From a bacterium UBP13_UBA5359 (GTDB taxonomy: Bacteria > UBP13 > UBA5359), in the NCBI GenBank assembly GCA_002410925.1, contig DHPR01000012.1:208643-272642 (forward strand): a stretch of DNA of 64,000 bases, written 5' to 3'. A program made the translations under genes and the position numbers. Below, in pieces: positions 28,297-38,096 of the stretch. Numbering within the stretch: the first letter of the stretch is position 1; each line of letters starts with the position of its first letter. Under the pieces are notes generated by a model. It was given only the letters and a program-made list of their open reading frames with translations, was not told where the DNA came from and made no database searches.

Positions 28297-29565
28297 ATGA
28301 GCTTTATCAGCAAAAGACATATCATAATCGTTGCAATTGTTGGGTTTCTTCTGGCAGCCTTGCCCGCTGAAGCAAGTTACGGCCATAAAGATTGGAGCCG
28401 CTATGCAGATGTGGATGCCGGCAATAAGAGTACCGGCGGCTTTCGGCGCCTGATTCTATCGCCTCCCGTTCTCGGTAGATCGGCACCCGATTTAAGCGAC
28501 CTGCGTCTGGTAACACGCTTTGGACATGAAGTTCCTTACATCTTGCTGCCTTCCCGGCCCAATGGAGTACATCCGGCCATTCTGACAGCCCGAGTAACAA
28601 GCATCTCCAGCCATCCTGAAAACAATACCGTCTTCACCGTAGATACCGGCCGGGATAAGCACTCTCATGGTTCCATTACGTTGAATACAGGTATTACAAG
28701 CTTCTTCAGGCCGGCGACGGTTGAAGGAAGTGACGATGCTCTTACCTGGAAGCTTTTGAAAAAGAACAGCTTTATCTTTTCTTTGCCGGAAAAGAGAGAG
28801 CTTGCCTGGAAAACGGTGGAGTACCCTCCCAGCAATTGCCGCTATTTGAGGATCAGTATAGCAAACGGCCAGGATAAGCCGCTGGGAATAGATGGTATCA
28901 CTGTCAATAAAGCTCTCTATCTCGACACGCCCCTGTCGGGTATACCCATAAAGCACTTCAAGATAGTCGAAGTACCGGAAGATCATCTGACCAAGGTAAA
29001 ACTGGATTTAGGTTATTCTCATATCCCTCTGGCCGGATTATCGATGCATATAACCGATCCCTCCTTTATCCGTGAGGTCATGGTACTGGGAAGCCAGGAT
29101 ACCAAACGCTGGCGCAGATTCTCCGGCGCTGTGATCTTCAGAAGCAGCCTGAGCGGTATAATTCAGCAAAAAACAAGGCTGCAATTGCCCGCTGGAACGA
29201 CATATCGTTATTTGATGCTGGTCATACGCAATGACAAGGAAAAGCCTCTGCATATAAAAAGGGTTACTGCTTACGGCCCGCAGGTAAGCCTGGTATTCAG
29301 AGCGGATGCCGGCAGACAATACAGATTATTCTTCGGTAAACAGGATACAAAGGCGCCTGTCTATGATATTCAACACCTCCAGGCATGTTTCCCGAATACC
29401 GGATTACCGGCAGCATGTTTGGGTCAGATAAAGACCAGGGACTTTGCTGCCTCTCCGTTGCGAGGCAGCAAAAAGAATTTGCTGCCCGCTACGATTTCTA
29501 TGCTGGTTATCTTTGTCCTTCTGCTATTTCGGCTGCGGCGATCGACAAAAAGGCAGCCAAAATAA
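28297..29565 (+). CDS. Exported protein with C-terminal membrane anchor (DUF3999-like)
   Basis: Signal peptide; DLSDLRL...EVPY, VEGSDD..TW, RYLRI.I.N.D.PL repeated, APVYD, C-terminal TM + basic tail. Confidence 0.65.
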   Translation: MSFISKRHIIIVAIVGFLLAALPAEASYGHKDWSRYADVDAGNKSTGGFRRLILSPPVLGRSAPDLSDLRLVTRFGHEVPYILLPSRPNGVHPAILTARVTSISSHPENNTVFTVDTGRDKHSHGSITLNTGITSFFRPATVEGSDDALTWKLLKKNSFIFSLPEKRELAWKTVEYPPSNCRYLRISIANGQDKPLGIDGITVNKALYLDTPLSGIPIKHFKIVEVPEDHLTKVKLDLGYSHIPLAGLSMHITDPSFIREVMVLGSQDTKRWRRFSGAVIFRSSLSGIIQQKTRLQLPAGTTYRYLMLVIRNDKEKPLHIKRVTAYGPQVSLVFRADAGRQYRLFFGKQDTKAPVYDIQHLQACFPNTGLPAACLGQIKTRDFAASPLRGSKKNLLPATISMLVIFVLLLFRLRRSTKRQPK

Positions 29566-29602
29566 AACCCAGCGGCCGATTTACAGCCTGCCGGGTTTTA
29601 TT
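29561..29602. terminator. Bidirectional intrinsic terminator between convergent genes
   Basis: aataaaaccc...gggttttatt imperfect stem flanked by A/T tracts. Confidence 0.65.
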
Positions 29603-29623
29603 AACGATTTCACACCGTTTGGA

Positions 29624-29893
29624 TTACTTTACCGCTTTGCGCAGCTCAGTGCCGGGTTTGAAGAAGGGAACTTTGGAGGCGGCGATATTTATCTTTTCGC
29701 CGGTCTGCGGATTGATACCCGTACGAGCGGCTCTCTCCTTGACACCAAAGGTACCGAAGCCCACCAGAGTGATCTTCTCCTCTTTCATTGTATCTTTAAT
29801 TACGTTGATGACGGCGTCTACAGCTGCCTCTGCTTCCTTCTTGTTCAACTTGGCTCTCTGAGCCACTGCGGCAACGAGTTCTCCCTTGTTCAT
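29624..29893 (-). CDS. hup: DNA-binding protein HU
   Basis: MNKGELV...GFGTF...ARTGINPQTGE...PFFKPG. Confidence 0.97.
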   Translation of the reverse strand: MNKGELVAAVAQRAKLNKKEAEAAVDAVINVIKDTMKEEKITLVGFGTFGVKERAARTGINPQTGEKINIAASKVPFFKPGTELRKAVK

Positions 29894-29964
29894 AACTTTC
29901 CTCCTTTTTCTTCTTTGCCGATCTGTGCCGGCGATTGTTTTATCAGTTGCGCTAAAAACCTGTC

Positions 29965-31434
29965 TTACCTGTTTTCAGACTTTGCCTCATTCCAAAAGAT
30001 ATCCAGCTCATCCAGGACATAGCTCTCCCAGGAACGCCCGGACTCCTTCACCCTTGCCTCTACAAAATTAAACCGCCTGATGAACTTATCCGTTGCTCGA
30101 CGTAATGCCTCTTCTGCATCCAGGCCCAACCGTCTGGCCAGGTTAACCAGTGCAAAGAAGAGATCTCCCAATTCATCCAGAGCTTCCGCACGATGTTCCT
30201 GCTGTATCTCTCGGGTTAGCTCCATCACCTCCTCGCAAACCTTCTTCAGCACACCTTTGGTATCAGGCCAATCAAGGCCTGCTCTGGCGGCTTTCTCTTG
30301 AATTTTTTGTGCTCTACTCAGAGCCGGCAATGTCCGGGGAATCCCCTGCATTATTTCAGATTCTTCCCCCCGGGCTTCCTTCTCTTCCAGCTTTATGGCT
30401 TCCCAGTTACGCAGAACCTCTCCGGCGTCACTGGCAGTCGCTTCCCCAAAAACATGTGGATGACGACGGCGCAGCTTACGACAAATGCCGGATACCACAT
30501 CACTGAAATCAAAGGTTCCCTCTTCCGAGGCTACCTGAGCGTGAAAAACCACCTGCAGAAGTAAATCGCCCAGTTCCTCGCAAAAATCTTCTATGCTCTC
30601 CCTGTCAAGGGCATCTAAAACCTCATATGCCTCTTCCAAAAGATAAGGACGCAGGCTGGCATGATCCTGCTGCGCATCCCAGGGACAGCCTCCGGGGCCG
30701 CGCAGCCTGCGCATTATATTCAAAAGCGTCGCTACCCTGCCATCCGCCTTTGCCGGTAAAGGCGGAAGGTAGAGAATGGTCAAATGATCTGCCCGATGCT
30801 CCCTGTCTATTTTATAGAGGGGCAGCCTGCTGATGCTCTCCTGCTGCGTTCCGACGGCTTGAAGCAATATGCTGGCGTAATCATCAGGATAGAACTCCAT
30901 CAGCCTCAACTTGACAGCTGAAGCAACAACAGCATTATATAGCTGCAGCACCATTAACGGCCGGCTGGGATCTACATCCAGCGTTTCAATCTCCAAAGCA
31001 TCTGCCAGAACTATCCCCTCCAGCGGATCAATACCCAGAGCGGCATACGCGGCCTCTACGGAGCTGAGCCCCGGCAGGACACATACTTCCACCTCTCTGC
31101 CGGGAGCAAGCTCCAGAAGGCGATGGACGGAAGCTTCCGCTACCAGTGGATGTCCGGGAACTGCATATACCAGTTTGCATCCCTGCCTGGCCCTGGCCAA
31201 CAGGCTAACAGCGATCTCTTCATAAACTCGCTCGAAGGTTTCGGCTGTTTCATAAAGATAATCGAAGCTGAAAAAACTGATGCCTCTGGCCGTCAATGCA
31301 GCTGCTATGGGATGGGAGGAGGTCCGCAAGCAGACCTCCTCCGCCTCCTCCATGGCTCTTAAAGCTCCGCAGGTAAGATTGTCAAAGGACCCCGGCCCTA
31401 AGCCGATTACTGTTATGTATGCAGATGTTGCCAA
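29965..31434 (-). CDS. mazG: Tetrapyrrole-methylase/MazG pyrophosphohydrolase fusion (YabN-type)
   Basis: VIGLGPG, YAVPGHPLVAE; LRGPGGCPWD, EEAYEV, EELGDLLLQVVFH, RRHPHVF, ELGDLFF. Confidence 0.95.
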   Translation of the reverse strand: MATSAYITVIGLGPGSFDNLTCGALRAMEEAEEVCLRTSSHPIAAALTARGISFFSFDYLYETAETFERVYEEIAVSLLARARQGCKLVYAVPGHPLVAEASVHRLLELAPGREVEVCVLPGLSSVEAAYAALGIDPLEGIVLADALEIETLDVDPSRPLMVLQLYNAVVASAVKLRLMEFYPDDYASILLQAVGTQQESISRLPLYKIDREHRADHLTILYLPPLPAKADGRVATLLNIMRRLRGPGGCPWDAQQDHASLRPYLLEEAYEVLDALDRESIEDFCEELGDLLLQVVFHAQVASEEGTFDFSDVVSGICRKLRRRHPHVFGEATASDAGEVLRNWEAIKLEEKEARGEESEIMQGIPRTLPALSRAQKIQEKAARAGLDWPDTKGVLKKVCEEVMELTREIQQEHRAEALDELGDLFFALVNLARRLGLDAEEALRRATDKFIRRFNFVEARVKESGRSWESYVLDELDIFWNEAKSENR

Positions 31435-32319
31435 TTATTTAGAAGGCGTTGCCGGAGCTGTCGTCTGCTCCTGCTGCTTATCTCCGCCGGCCTTAATATT
31501 ATCGACAAGATCCTTGTATATCTCTCTCTTTATATCTATCTTGGCGTTCTGACGCAACTTGGCTATCCAGGTATCGACCGGCTCTGCCTTCTCCCTTTTA
31601 ATGGCTTCTTCGGCCTCCTGGCGATCGGGCTTGTCGCATTTGATGATATGGTAGCCATAGGGCGTCTTGACAATGGAACTGGTCTCTCCCTCTTTCAAAG
31701 CAAAAGCCGCCTTTTCGAATTCCGGCACCATCTCGCCCTTCTTGACAAACCCCAGCAATCCGCCACGGGTCTTGCTGCCCGGATCGGTAGAGCGCTGCTT
31801 GGCCAGTTGGGCAAAATCACCGCCATCTTTTAACAGCGTTTGAATCGCCGTAGCTTCGCTCTGATCCTTTACAAGAATGTGTCTCAGATAACGCCGCTCT
31901 CCCAGAAACTTATCCAGATCGGCATCACTGACTTTAACTCCCGACGTGCGCACCTTATTAGCCAGCTTATCGAGCTTGATTCGCTGCTTAAGCATATCTA
32001 CCGACATGCCGTAATACTGCTTTACGGCATTAATAAACTCCTGCTCGGTGGGAAACATGCCTTTGATACGAGCCAGCTCTTCATCAACCTCTTCATCGGT
32101 TACCGTAATCTTCTTCCCGGCAGCTTCCTGCAGAACAATTTTTTCAGTAATCATCCTCTCCAGCACTTCACGCCCGTGCTGCTTCTCCAGTTCTGCATAG
32201 AACTCCTTCTCCGTGACTTTGGCCCCGTTTACGGTGGCCACTGTGCTCCAACTGCATCCTGCCGCTATAGCCAGCAAAACTATCACAGCCAAAGCCGGCA
32301 TCCATTTTACATTCCTCAT
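31435..32319 (-). CDS. prsA: Foldase PrsA (parvulin PPIase lipoprotein)
   Basis: Lipobox AAGC; RHILV, FAQLAK..S.D.GS..GG.LG, MVPEFEKAAF, TPYGYHII; RBS before ATG 32319. Confidence 0.9.
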   Translation of the reverse strand: MRNVKWMPALAVIVLLAIAAGCSWSTVATVNGAKVTEKEFYAELEKQHGREVLERMITEKIVLQEAAGKKITVTDEEVDEELARIKGMFPTEQEFINAVKQYYGMSVDMLKQRIKLDKLANKVRTSGVKVSDADLDKFLGERRYLRHILVKDQSEATAIQTLLKDGGDFAQLAKQRSTDPGSKTRGGLLGFVKKGEMVPEFEKAAFALKEGETSSIVKTPYGYHIIKCDKPDRQEAEEAIKREKAEPVDTWIAKLRQNAKIDIKREIYKDLVDNIKAGGDKQQEQTTAPATPSK

Positions 32320-32387
32320 AATCTGTCTCCCTTCGATATTTAGGATTATTCTACGAAAAAGCCGTAGAATCCTTCTTATGCTGCCTT

Positions 32388-35300
32388 TCAAGCGCAAAGT
32401 TCCCTCCTGGCAAAGGTATCCAGAGCCGCTTCAAGCAGCATAGTCCACTCTCTTTGGGTTAAACCATCGGTGTTTATCACCAAACGATCCGGCATCAGCA
32501 ACAGGTGATTCCTGTATTTGGCTATGATGCCGCCTCTTCCTCTCAGCATGTTTCTAGACGGCAGGCTGCCATTGATCTTTATTTGCCCGCTCTCGGTATA
32601 GATAGTACGAATATCGCGCTGTGCTGCCAGAAGCTTGATTCTGACCACGAAGATAAGATTATTGGCTTCCCTGGGGCGCCGTCCAAACCGATCGGCCAGC
32701 TCTGTAGCAATGCGCTCCACAGTCATCTCGTCTTCAGCGCCGGCCAGCCGGCGGTAGAACTCCATGCGCAACCGCTCATCGTTGATATAGCTTCTGGGAA
32801 TGAAAGCATCCAGCGGGATATCAATAGTAGCCTGCGGCTTCTCTTCTCGCACCTGCCCTTTCAGCTCCTCCACGGATTCCGCCAACAGCTGACAATAAAG
32901 CTCTAAGCCTACTGCCTGAATAAAGCCGTGCTGCTCCGCTCCCAGAATATTGCCGGCGCCTCTTATTTGAAGATCCCGCATGGCCACCTTGAGTCCTGAC
33001 CCCAATTCAGAAAAATCGCGTATGGCGGATAGCCGCTTCTCAGCCAGCTGCGAGATAGCATGCTCGTTTCTATAAAGAAGATAAGCATATGCCTGATGCT
33101 GCCCTCTGCCTACTCGTCCTCTCAGCTGATACATCTGCGCCAACCCCAGATGATCGGCATCATTCATGATTATGGTGTTGGCATTAGGGATATCAACCCC
33201 ATTCTCTATAATCGTCGTACAAACCAGGATATCATACTCTCCCCGGTAGAATTCCAGCATGATCTTTTCCAGCTTGGCCTCAGACATCTGGCCGTGGGCA
33301 ATCGCTATTCTAGCATAGGGTATTAACTGCTGCAAGCGCAAAGCGTAGGATTCTATTCCCTCTATACGATTGCTGACAAAGTAGACCTGCCCGCCTCTGT
33401 CGAGCTCATGCTCGGCAGCCTGGCGGATAAGGTTATCATCATACTGTGTCACCAGAGTTTTAACCGGCATCTTACCTTCAGGAGGAGTATCTATAACGCT
33501 CATATCCCTTAGCCCGGACAGAGCCATGTGCAGCGTCCGGGGAATGGGTGTCGCCGTCAAAGTCAGAACATCCACCGTCAGGCGCATCTCCTTAAGCCGC
33601 TCCTTGTGTGTTACCCCAAAACGCTGTTCCTCATCGATTATCAGCAAGCCGAGATTCTTGAAAGCAACATCCTTCTGAACCAGGCGGTGCGTGCCGATAA
33701 CGATATCAAGCTCTCCAAGAGCCAGACGTTCCAGAATATCGCGCTGCTCTTTAGCGGAACGAAAACGGCTCAGCATCTCTATCTTTACAGGATAAGCCCC
33801 CAGGCGCTGACAAAAGGTGTTATAATGCTGCAAAGCCAAAACGGTAGTGGGAACTAATACAGCCACTTGCCTGCCATCCTGAATAGCCTTGAAGGCAGCC
33901 CTTACCGCCACTTCGGTCTTGCCGTAACCAACATCCCCGCAAATCAGCCGATCCATAGGTAATTCGGATTCCATATCACGCTTGGTTTCCTGTATGGTCC
34001 GAAGCTGATCCGGAGTTTCCGTATACGGAAAAGAACTCTCCATCTCTCTCTGCCAGGGAGTATCGACGCTGAAAGCAATCCCCTTGCTTTGTTCTCTGCG
34101 GGCATAAAGATTAAGAAGTTCATAGGCCATATCCCTGGCGGCTTCCTTGACTTTACGCTTGATCCTGTTCCATTCGTTGCTATCGAGACGATGCAACCTG
34201 GGCGCTTCATCACCGGCCGCTACGAACTTCTGTAATCTGTCGATCTGGTCAGAGGGAACATAGAGCTTATCGTTTCCAGCATACTGTATATGCAGATATT
34301 CCCTGGATATGCCATCACTCTCCAACTTAACCAGACCCTTATAAAGGCCTATGCCGTGTTGAACATGAACGACATAATCTCCCGCTTGCGCCTCCAACAG
34401 CGATAACCGCTCACCATCACTGAAATAGAAAGAGCTCTTGCGTGTCCGGCTCTTACGCCAGCCGAAGATTTCCTTATCGGTAAGAACGGCCAACCCTATC
34501 TCCGGCAGACGAAAACCGTGATAGATATTCTCTCTTAGAGCAATAACAGCTCCGCTGAGGGACTCTACCCTGCCACCGGCAACAAGATCGTATTCCGCTA
34601 AAAGCTCCGCCAGTCGAAAGGCTTGATCGCTTACCAGTATTACCAGGTAATCATCGGCTCGCCACGATTTAACAGCCTCCACAGCATCAGGCAATCGTCC
34701 CCCAAAGCTCTCCTGGCCGGCCGCTTCGAGGTGCAGGGTCTCTCCGTAATCCTCCATGGCCAGTAGCGATAAGCTTAACACTTGCTGTGTCTTCCAGCGA
34801 TGTTGCGCCTCCTCCAGCGGCAGGATATGCTGATGGTTCTGTTTTATCCTTCTATAATGCGCTTCAAGGCGATGTGGCTCTTCCAGAACGACTATAGTAT
34901 CGGACGGAAGATACTCTATCAATGTTGATATTTCCGTCTTGGCAGATGAGACCGTTTCTGCAGCAGGAGAAACGGTTACCTGCTCTACGATAGCTCGTGA
35001 AAGCTGACTGCGGGGATCAAAAAGACGAATGGAATTCACCGTCTCGCCCCAAAGTTCAAGACGAAAGGGTAAATCGGACGCCGGGGGAAAGATATCCAGC
35101 ACCCCGCCGCGCAGACTGAATTGTCCGGGTTGGCTGGTAAGAGTTTCCCGCTCATATCCCATTTCCAGCAAACGAGAAGAGACCGCTTCCGTTGAAATAT
35201 CCTGGTCGGAACGTATCTTAAAGCAGGCATTTCTCCAATCGGAAGGCAGGTGCAATGGTTCAAGGGCGCTTCTCAATCCGCTGACCACCACAGCTGCCTG

Positions 35301-35636
35301 TCCGGCCTCCATCCGCTGCAACAGCGACAAGCGCAGCCGAGTTACCTCCGGCGCATCTCCGGCCAAAGCAGGAAAGAAGGAGACCTCCCGATTCACACCA
35401 TTATCATCAAGAAAAGCATGCAGTTCTTCCGAGATACGCTCTGCATTACGATCATCAACAGTAATCAACAGCAACGGCCTGCCGGAATACCGACGCACCG
35501 CTGCCGTCAAATAGGATACCGCTGAACCGGATAAACCCTCTATATTAAGGCTCTTGTTGCCGGCCAAGAGTTTTTCCATAAGCAGATTAAAAGATGCAGA
35601 TCGCTTCCATAGCTGTACTAGCGACCCAAGCGACAC
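32388..35636 (-). CDS. mfd: Transcription-repair coupling factor
   Basis: RGGVLDIFP, GDYVVHVQHGIG, CGDVGYGKTEVA, DEEQRFGV, TATPIPRTL, QLRGRVGR, TRCF domain. Confidence 0.98.
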   Translation of the reverse strand: MSLGSLVQLWKRSASFNLLMEKLLAGNKSLNIEGLSGSAVSYLTAAVRRYSGRPLLLITVDDRNAERISEELHAFLDDNGVNREVSFFPALAGDAPEVTRLRLSLLQRMEAGQAAVVVSGLRSALEPLHLPSDWRNACFKIRSDQDISTEAVSSRLLEMGYERETLTSQPGQFSLRGGVLDIFPPASDLPFRLELWGETVNSIRLFDPRSQLSRAIVEQVTVSPAAETVSSAKTEISTLIEYLPSDTIVVLEEPHRLEAHYRRIKQNHQHILPLEEAQHRWKTQQVLSLSLLAMEDYGETLHLEAAGQESFGGRLPDAVEAVKSWRADDYLVILVSDQAFRLAELLAEYDLVAGGRVESLSGAVIALRENIYHGFRLPEIGLAVLTDKEIFGWRKSRTRKSSFYFSDGERLSLLEAQAGDYVVHVQHGIGLYKGLVKLESDGISREYLHIQYAGNDKLYVPSDQIDRLQKFVAAGDEAPRLHRLDSNEWNRIKRKVKEAARDMAYELLNLYARREQSKGIAFSVDTPWQREMESSFPYTETPDQLRTIQETKRDMESELPMDRLICGDVGYGKTEVAVRAAFKAIQDGRQVAVLVPTTVLALQHYNTFCQRLGAYPVKIEMLSRFRSAKEQRDILERLALGELDIVIGTHRLVQKDVAFKNLGLLIIDEEQRFGVTHKERLKEMRLTVDVLTLTATPIPRTLHMALSGLRDMSVIDTPPEGKMPVKTLVTQYDDNLIRQAAEHELDRGGQVYFVSNRIEGIESYALRLQQLIPYARIAIAHGQMSEAKLEKIMLEFYRGEYDILVCTTIIENGVDIPNANTIIMNDADHLGLAQMYQLRGRVGRGQHQAYAYLLYRNEHAISQLAEKRLSAIRDFSELGSGLKVAMRDLQIRGAGNILGAEQHGFIQAVGLELYCQLLAESVEELKGQVREEKPQATIDIPLDAFIPRSYINDERLRMEFYRRLAGAEDEMTVERIATELADRFGRRPREANNLIFVVRIKLLAAQRDIRTIYTESGQIKINGSLPSRNMLRGRGGIIAKYRNHLLLMPDRLVINTDGLTQREWTMLLEAALDTFARRELCA

Positions 35637-35787
35637 GGAGCCTTCCCCCTTCCGGAATCCTCACAACCCATCCCCGGTTTCTCGCAGCTCCTTCCAAGCT
35701 TTACATTGCTTGTTTCCGGCTCCTTATTTCTCGTTTTATGTCCAAGTTTCCAGCTTGATAACGAGGAATCCGTCCGGCTCTGAACTG

Positions 35788-36372
35788 CTATCTTCCTTCT
35801 TCCGCCTTCTCTCTCTTCACAATATTATACTTATTCATCGCTGCTTCGAAGCCTTGCTTCAGAATCGATTCCACAGCATCAGCGGCTTGAGCTATCATCA
35901 GTTCCACTGCAGAGCGCTCTCCAGATGAAAACCGCCCCAAAACATATTCCACCGCAACGCCTGCCGGTGCACCTATACCTATACGCAAACGCCGTATATC
36001 CTGTCTGCCGAGACAGGATATGATAGACCTCATACCGTTGTGCCCACCGGCTGATCCGGTTGTGCGCAACCGCAACTGCCCCAGCGGCAGATCCAGGTCG
36101 TCATATATTACAAGCAGCCGGTCCATGGGAACCTTATACCAGCTAAGCAGAGCAGCCACCGCTTCTCCGCTCTTGTTCATAAAGGTTTGCGGCTTGGCCA
36201 GAGCCACTCGCTCTCCGCATAGACGTTCCTCAGCCACCAGGGATCGGCAATGACGACGATAATTGCTTCCTCCCCATCGATGAAGCAACTCATCTATAAC
36301 CATAAAACCGACATTATGCCGGGTGTCGGCATACTTGGTACCGGGATTGCCCAGCCCCACCAACAGATGCAT
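35788..36372 (-). CDS. pth: Peptidyl-tRNA hydrolase
   Basis: GLGNPG..Y..TRHNVGF, KPQTFMN.SG, GGHNG. Confidence 0.98.
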   Translation of the reverse strand: MHLLVGLGNPGTKYADTRHNVGFMVIDELLHRWGGSNYRRHCRSLVAEERLCGERVALAKPQTFMNKSGEAVAALLSWYKVPMDRLLVIYDDLDLPLGQLRLRTTGSAGGHNGMRSIISCLGRQDIRRLRIGIGAPAGVAVEYVLGRFSSGERSAVELMIAQAADAVESILKQGFEAAMNKYNIVKREKAEEGR

Positions 36373-36375
36373 CCG

Positions 36376-37020
36376 TTAGGCCTCCGGTGCTGCAGCCTCC
36401 TGACCGGGGGCAGCTTCCTCTCCGGGAGCAGCTTCCTCCAGCGCAGCGGTTACCTCCGGCTCTATATGTGGCGCCACTACCGAAATGATCACTGTTTCCG
36501 AATCGGTCAGGATTGTTACTCTCTCCGGCAACGCCAGATCCTTTACCAGCAGCACGCCGCCCATATCTAAGCCGGAAACATCGGCTTCAATTACCTCCGG
36601 CAGCTCCTGAGGCAAGGCCTCGACCTCCATCTCCCAGAGAGATTGCTGTACAATACCGCCAACTTCGGTGCCCGGAGCCTCTCCAGTCACGCGAACAGGC
36701 ACCATAGCCTTGATCGGCTCATCCATATATACTCGCTGAAAATCTATATGCAATAGATTTCTTCTGACTCTATCGGTTTCCACAAATTTGACAATCGTAT
36801 TGTAAACCTCTTTATCCCCGGAAATTTGCAAGCTGATAATAGCATTGCTTCCACCTTTGGAACGGGCTTCCTGAAAAGCCCTGCCATTGACGGAGAGCAG
36901 CTTGGACGCCTCTCCTCGCCCGTAAAGAACCGCCGGCAACTGCCCGGCTGCTCTTAATTTCCTGGCTTCGCCCTTACCGACCTTGCTGCGACTTTCCGCT
37001 TCGAGAACGATCTTTTCCAT
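36376..37020 (-). CDS. rplY: 50S ribosomal protein L25/CTC
   Basis: PAVLYG, LLHIDF, C-terminal CTC domain and acidic tail. Confidence 0.96.
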   Translation of the reverse strand: MEKIVLEAESRSKVGKGEARKLRAAGQLPAVLYGRGEASKLLSVNGRAFQEARSKGGSNAIISLQISGDKEVYNTIVKFVETDRVRRNLLHIDFQRVYMDEPIKAMVPVRVTGEAPGTEVGGIVQQSLWEMEVEALPQELPEVIEADVSGLDMGGVLLVKDLALPERVTILTDSETVIISVVAPHIEPEVTAALEEAAPGEEAAPGQEAAAPEA

Positions 37021-37130
37021 GTTTTCTCCCTCTTTTTCCGGCGTTCAGGCTTTGCCTTTAGTAATTCAAAATAAATGCAAAGTTTCGAACGCCTATTCTC
37101 TGCTTATATATCTTTGACCTATCCCTGTTT

Positions 37131-38096
37131 CTACGTTCCTGACCAGTAAAAGCCGAACATTTCACTGATGGAAACGTTCTTGTAAATCCGTCGGATTGCC
37201 TCGCCCAGCATCGGCGCTACCGTCAGCACTTTTATTTTATCCAGCATCATCTCCGGAGGAACAGGAATAGTATCGGTAACCAGCACTTCCTTTATTGATG
37301 CCTTCTTAAGACGCTCCATGGCAGGCCCTGACAACACGGCATGCGTAGCGCAGGTGTAGATGGACTTGGCACCGCAATCCACCAGGGCTTGAGCACCACT
37401 AACCAAAGTTCCGGCAGTATCTATCATATCGTCGGCCATAATACAGTTCTTTCCGGCTACCTGACCGATAATTTCGCTGACTTCAGCTTCACCAGGCTGC
37501 GGCCGACGCTTGACCAGAATAGCTAGTGAAGCGCCCAGCCTTTCCGCCATAGTTCGGGAAAGTTTAACCCTTCCTACATCGGGGGAAACAACGCAGAGAT
37601 CGGGTATACTTTTCTTGGAAAAGTAATCTACCAGCACCGGCATAGCGGTTAGGTGATCCACGTTAATATCAAAAAAGCCCTGTATCTGGCTGGAGTGCAG
37701 GTCCATGGTCAGTATCCTGTCTGCACCCGCTACCGTGATGAGATTAGCCACCAGCTTGGCTGTTATAGGCTCTCTCCCTGTAGCCTTGCGATCCTGTCTG
37801 GCATAGCCGTAATACGGAATTACGGCCGTGATATGGCGGGCAGAAGCGCGCTTAAGGGCATCTGTCATAACCAAAAGCTCCATTAAGCTATGGTTAACGG
37901 GTCTGGATGTGGGTTGTACAACAAACACATCGCATCCGCGCACGCTTTCTTCCAGCTTTATTCGAACCTCTCCATTGTTGAAAGTCGTCACCAACGCTTT
38001 ACCCAGCGGTAGGTTCAAATAATCGGCGATATTCTCTGCCAGCCTGGGATTGGCGTTCCCCGTAAAAATCTTTACTTCTTTGCTGTCAACCTGCAT
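37131..38096 (-). CDS. prs: Ribose-phosphate pyrophosphokinase
   Basis: PYYGYARQDRK, DLHSSQIQGFF, VSPDVG, DDMIDTAGT; start at MQVDSK overlapping the glmU end. Confidence 0.98.
   Translation of the reverse strand: MQVDSKEVKIFTGNANPRLAENIADYLNLPLGKALVTTFNNGEVRIKLEESVRGCDVFVVQPTSRPVNHSLMELLVMTDALKRASARHITAVIPYYGYARQDRKATGREPITAKLVANLITVAGADRILTMDLHSSQIQGFFDINVDHLTAMPVLVDYFSKKSIPDLCVVSPDVGRVKLSRTMAERLGASLAILVKRRPQPGEAEVSEIIGQVAGKNCIMADDMIDTAGTLVSGAQALVDCGAKSIYTCATHAVLSGPAMERLKKASIKEVLVTDTIPVPPEMMLDKIKVLTVAPMLGEAIRRIYKNVSISEMFGFYWSGT

Noticed and set aside
29385-30022. Plus-strand ORFs over hup
   Set aside because: Antisense shadows of the conserved HU gene
35637-35787. pth-mfd intergenic gap as possible yabK/fin gene or ncRNA
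   Set aside because: No credible ORF or conserved structure visible
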